NCBI GenBank assembly: GCA_038231135.1 | Contig: JBBRLX010000005.1 | Span: forward strand, 1-64,000 | DNA from: Candidatus Eiseniibacteriota bacterium | GTDB lineage: Bacteria; Eisenbacteria; RBG-16-71-46 | Length of the DNA stretch: 64,000 nt | Direction: 5' to 3' | Made by a program: the position numbers and the translations under genes | In this document: positions 63,881-64,000 of the stretch, one piece after another | Position numbering within the stretch: position 1 is the first letter of the stretch | Layout of the letters: each line of letters starts with the position of its first letter | The notes under the pieces: generated by a model | The model's input: only the letters and a program-made list of their open reading frames with translations | Told to the model about the DNA's origin: nothing | Databases searched by the model: none

Positions 63881-64000
63881 CCGCGACCCGCATCGTCACC
63901 CACGACGACGTGTACCGCCTGCTGCCGATGCCGGAGTGCATCGACGCGATGGACCTGGCACTCCGGAGCCTGTCCAGGGGCGACGCCGTGCTGCCGCTGC
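63877..64000 (+). CDS. Ornithine cyclodeaminase/mu-crystallin family protein (5' fragment only)
   Basis: GTGA overlap; MTATRIVTHDDVYRLLPMPECIDAMDLALRSLSRGDAVLPL. Confidence 0.65.
   Translation, partial: MTATRIVTHDDVYRLLPMPECIDAMDLALRSLSRGDAVLPL

Overview
This is a GC-rich, gene-dense chromosomal window from a diderm bacterium. The SprA homologue, LptFG, heptose genes and gene order suggest an FCB-related lineage such as Ca. Eisenbacteria (inference only). Most of it is housekeeping: comM, hldE split into rfaE1/rfaE2, an aldehyde dehydrogenase, sucCD-ndk, yceD-rpmF-plsX-fabHDG-acpP-fabF-rnc, ECF sigma/anti-sigma/HtrA, aroB-aroQ-accB-pilT/U-accC-comB, lptFG, a 2086-aa SprA (T9SS translocon) homologue with a glutaminyl-cyclase-like M28 lipoprotein, rimP-nusA-infB-rbfA-truB-ribF-rpsO-pnp, an M16 peptidase, a DapL-like aminotransferase and an envelope glycosylation cluster. 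I saw no rRNA, tRNA, CRISPR-Cas or transposase. The strongest oddities are: (1) an accessory insertion at 53.9-56.1 kb with two paralogous DUF222-like genes sharing an upstream motif, the longer one carrying in-frame palindromic DNA repeats, an HNH domain and a RuvA-C-like tail; (2) an unannotated ~130-nt structured RNA with a sigma54 promoter and terminator right behind an orphan NtrC-family activator; (3) RNase III and SucD with long disordered charged tails; (4) an HtrA and a redoxin that lack their catalytic residues; (5) several leaderless promoters. All protein calls come from motif recognition by eye; no database searches were run.
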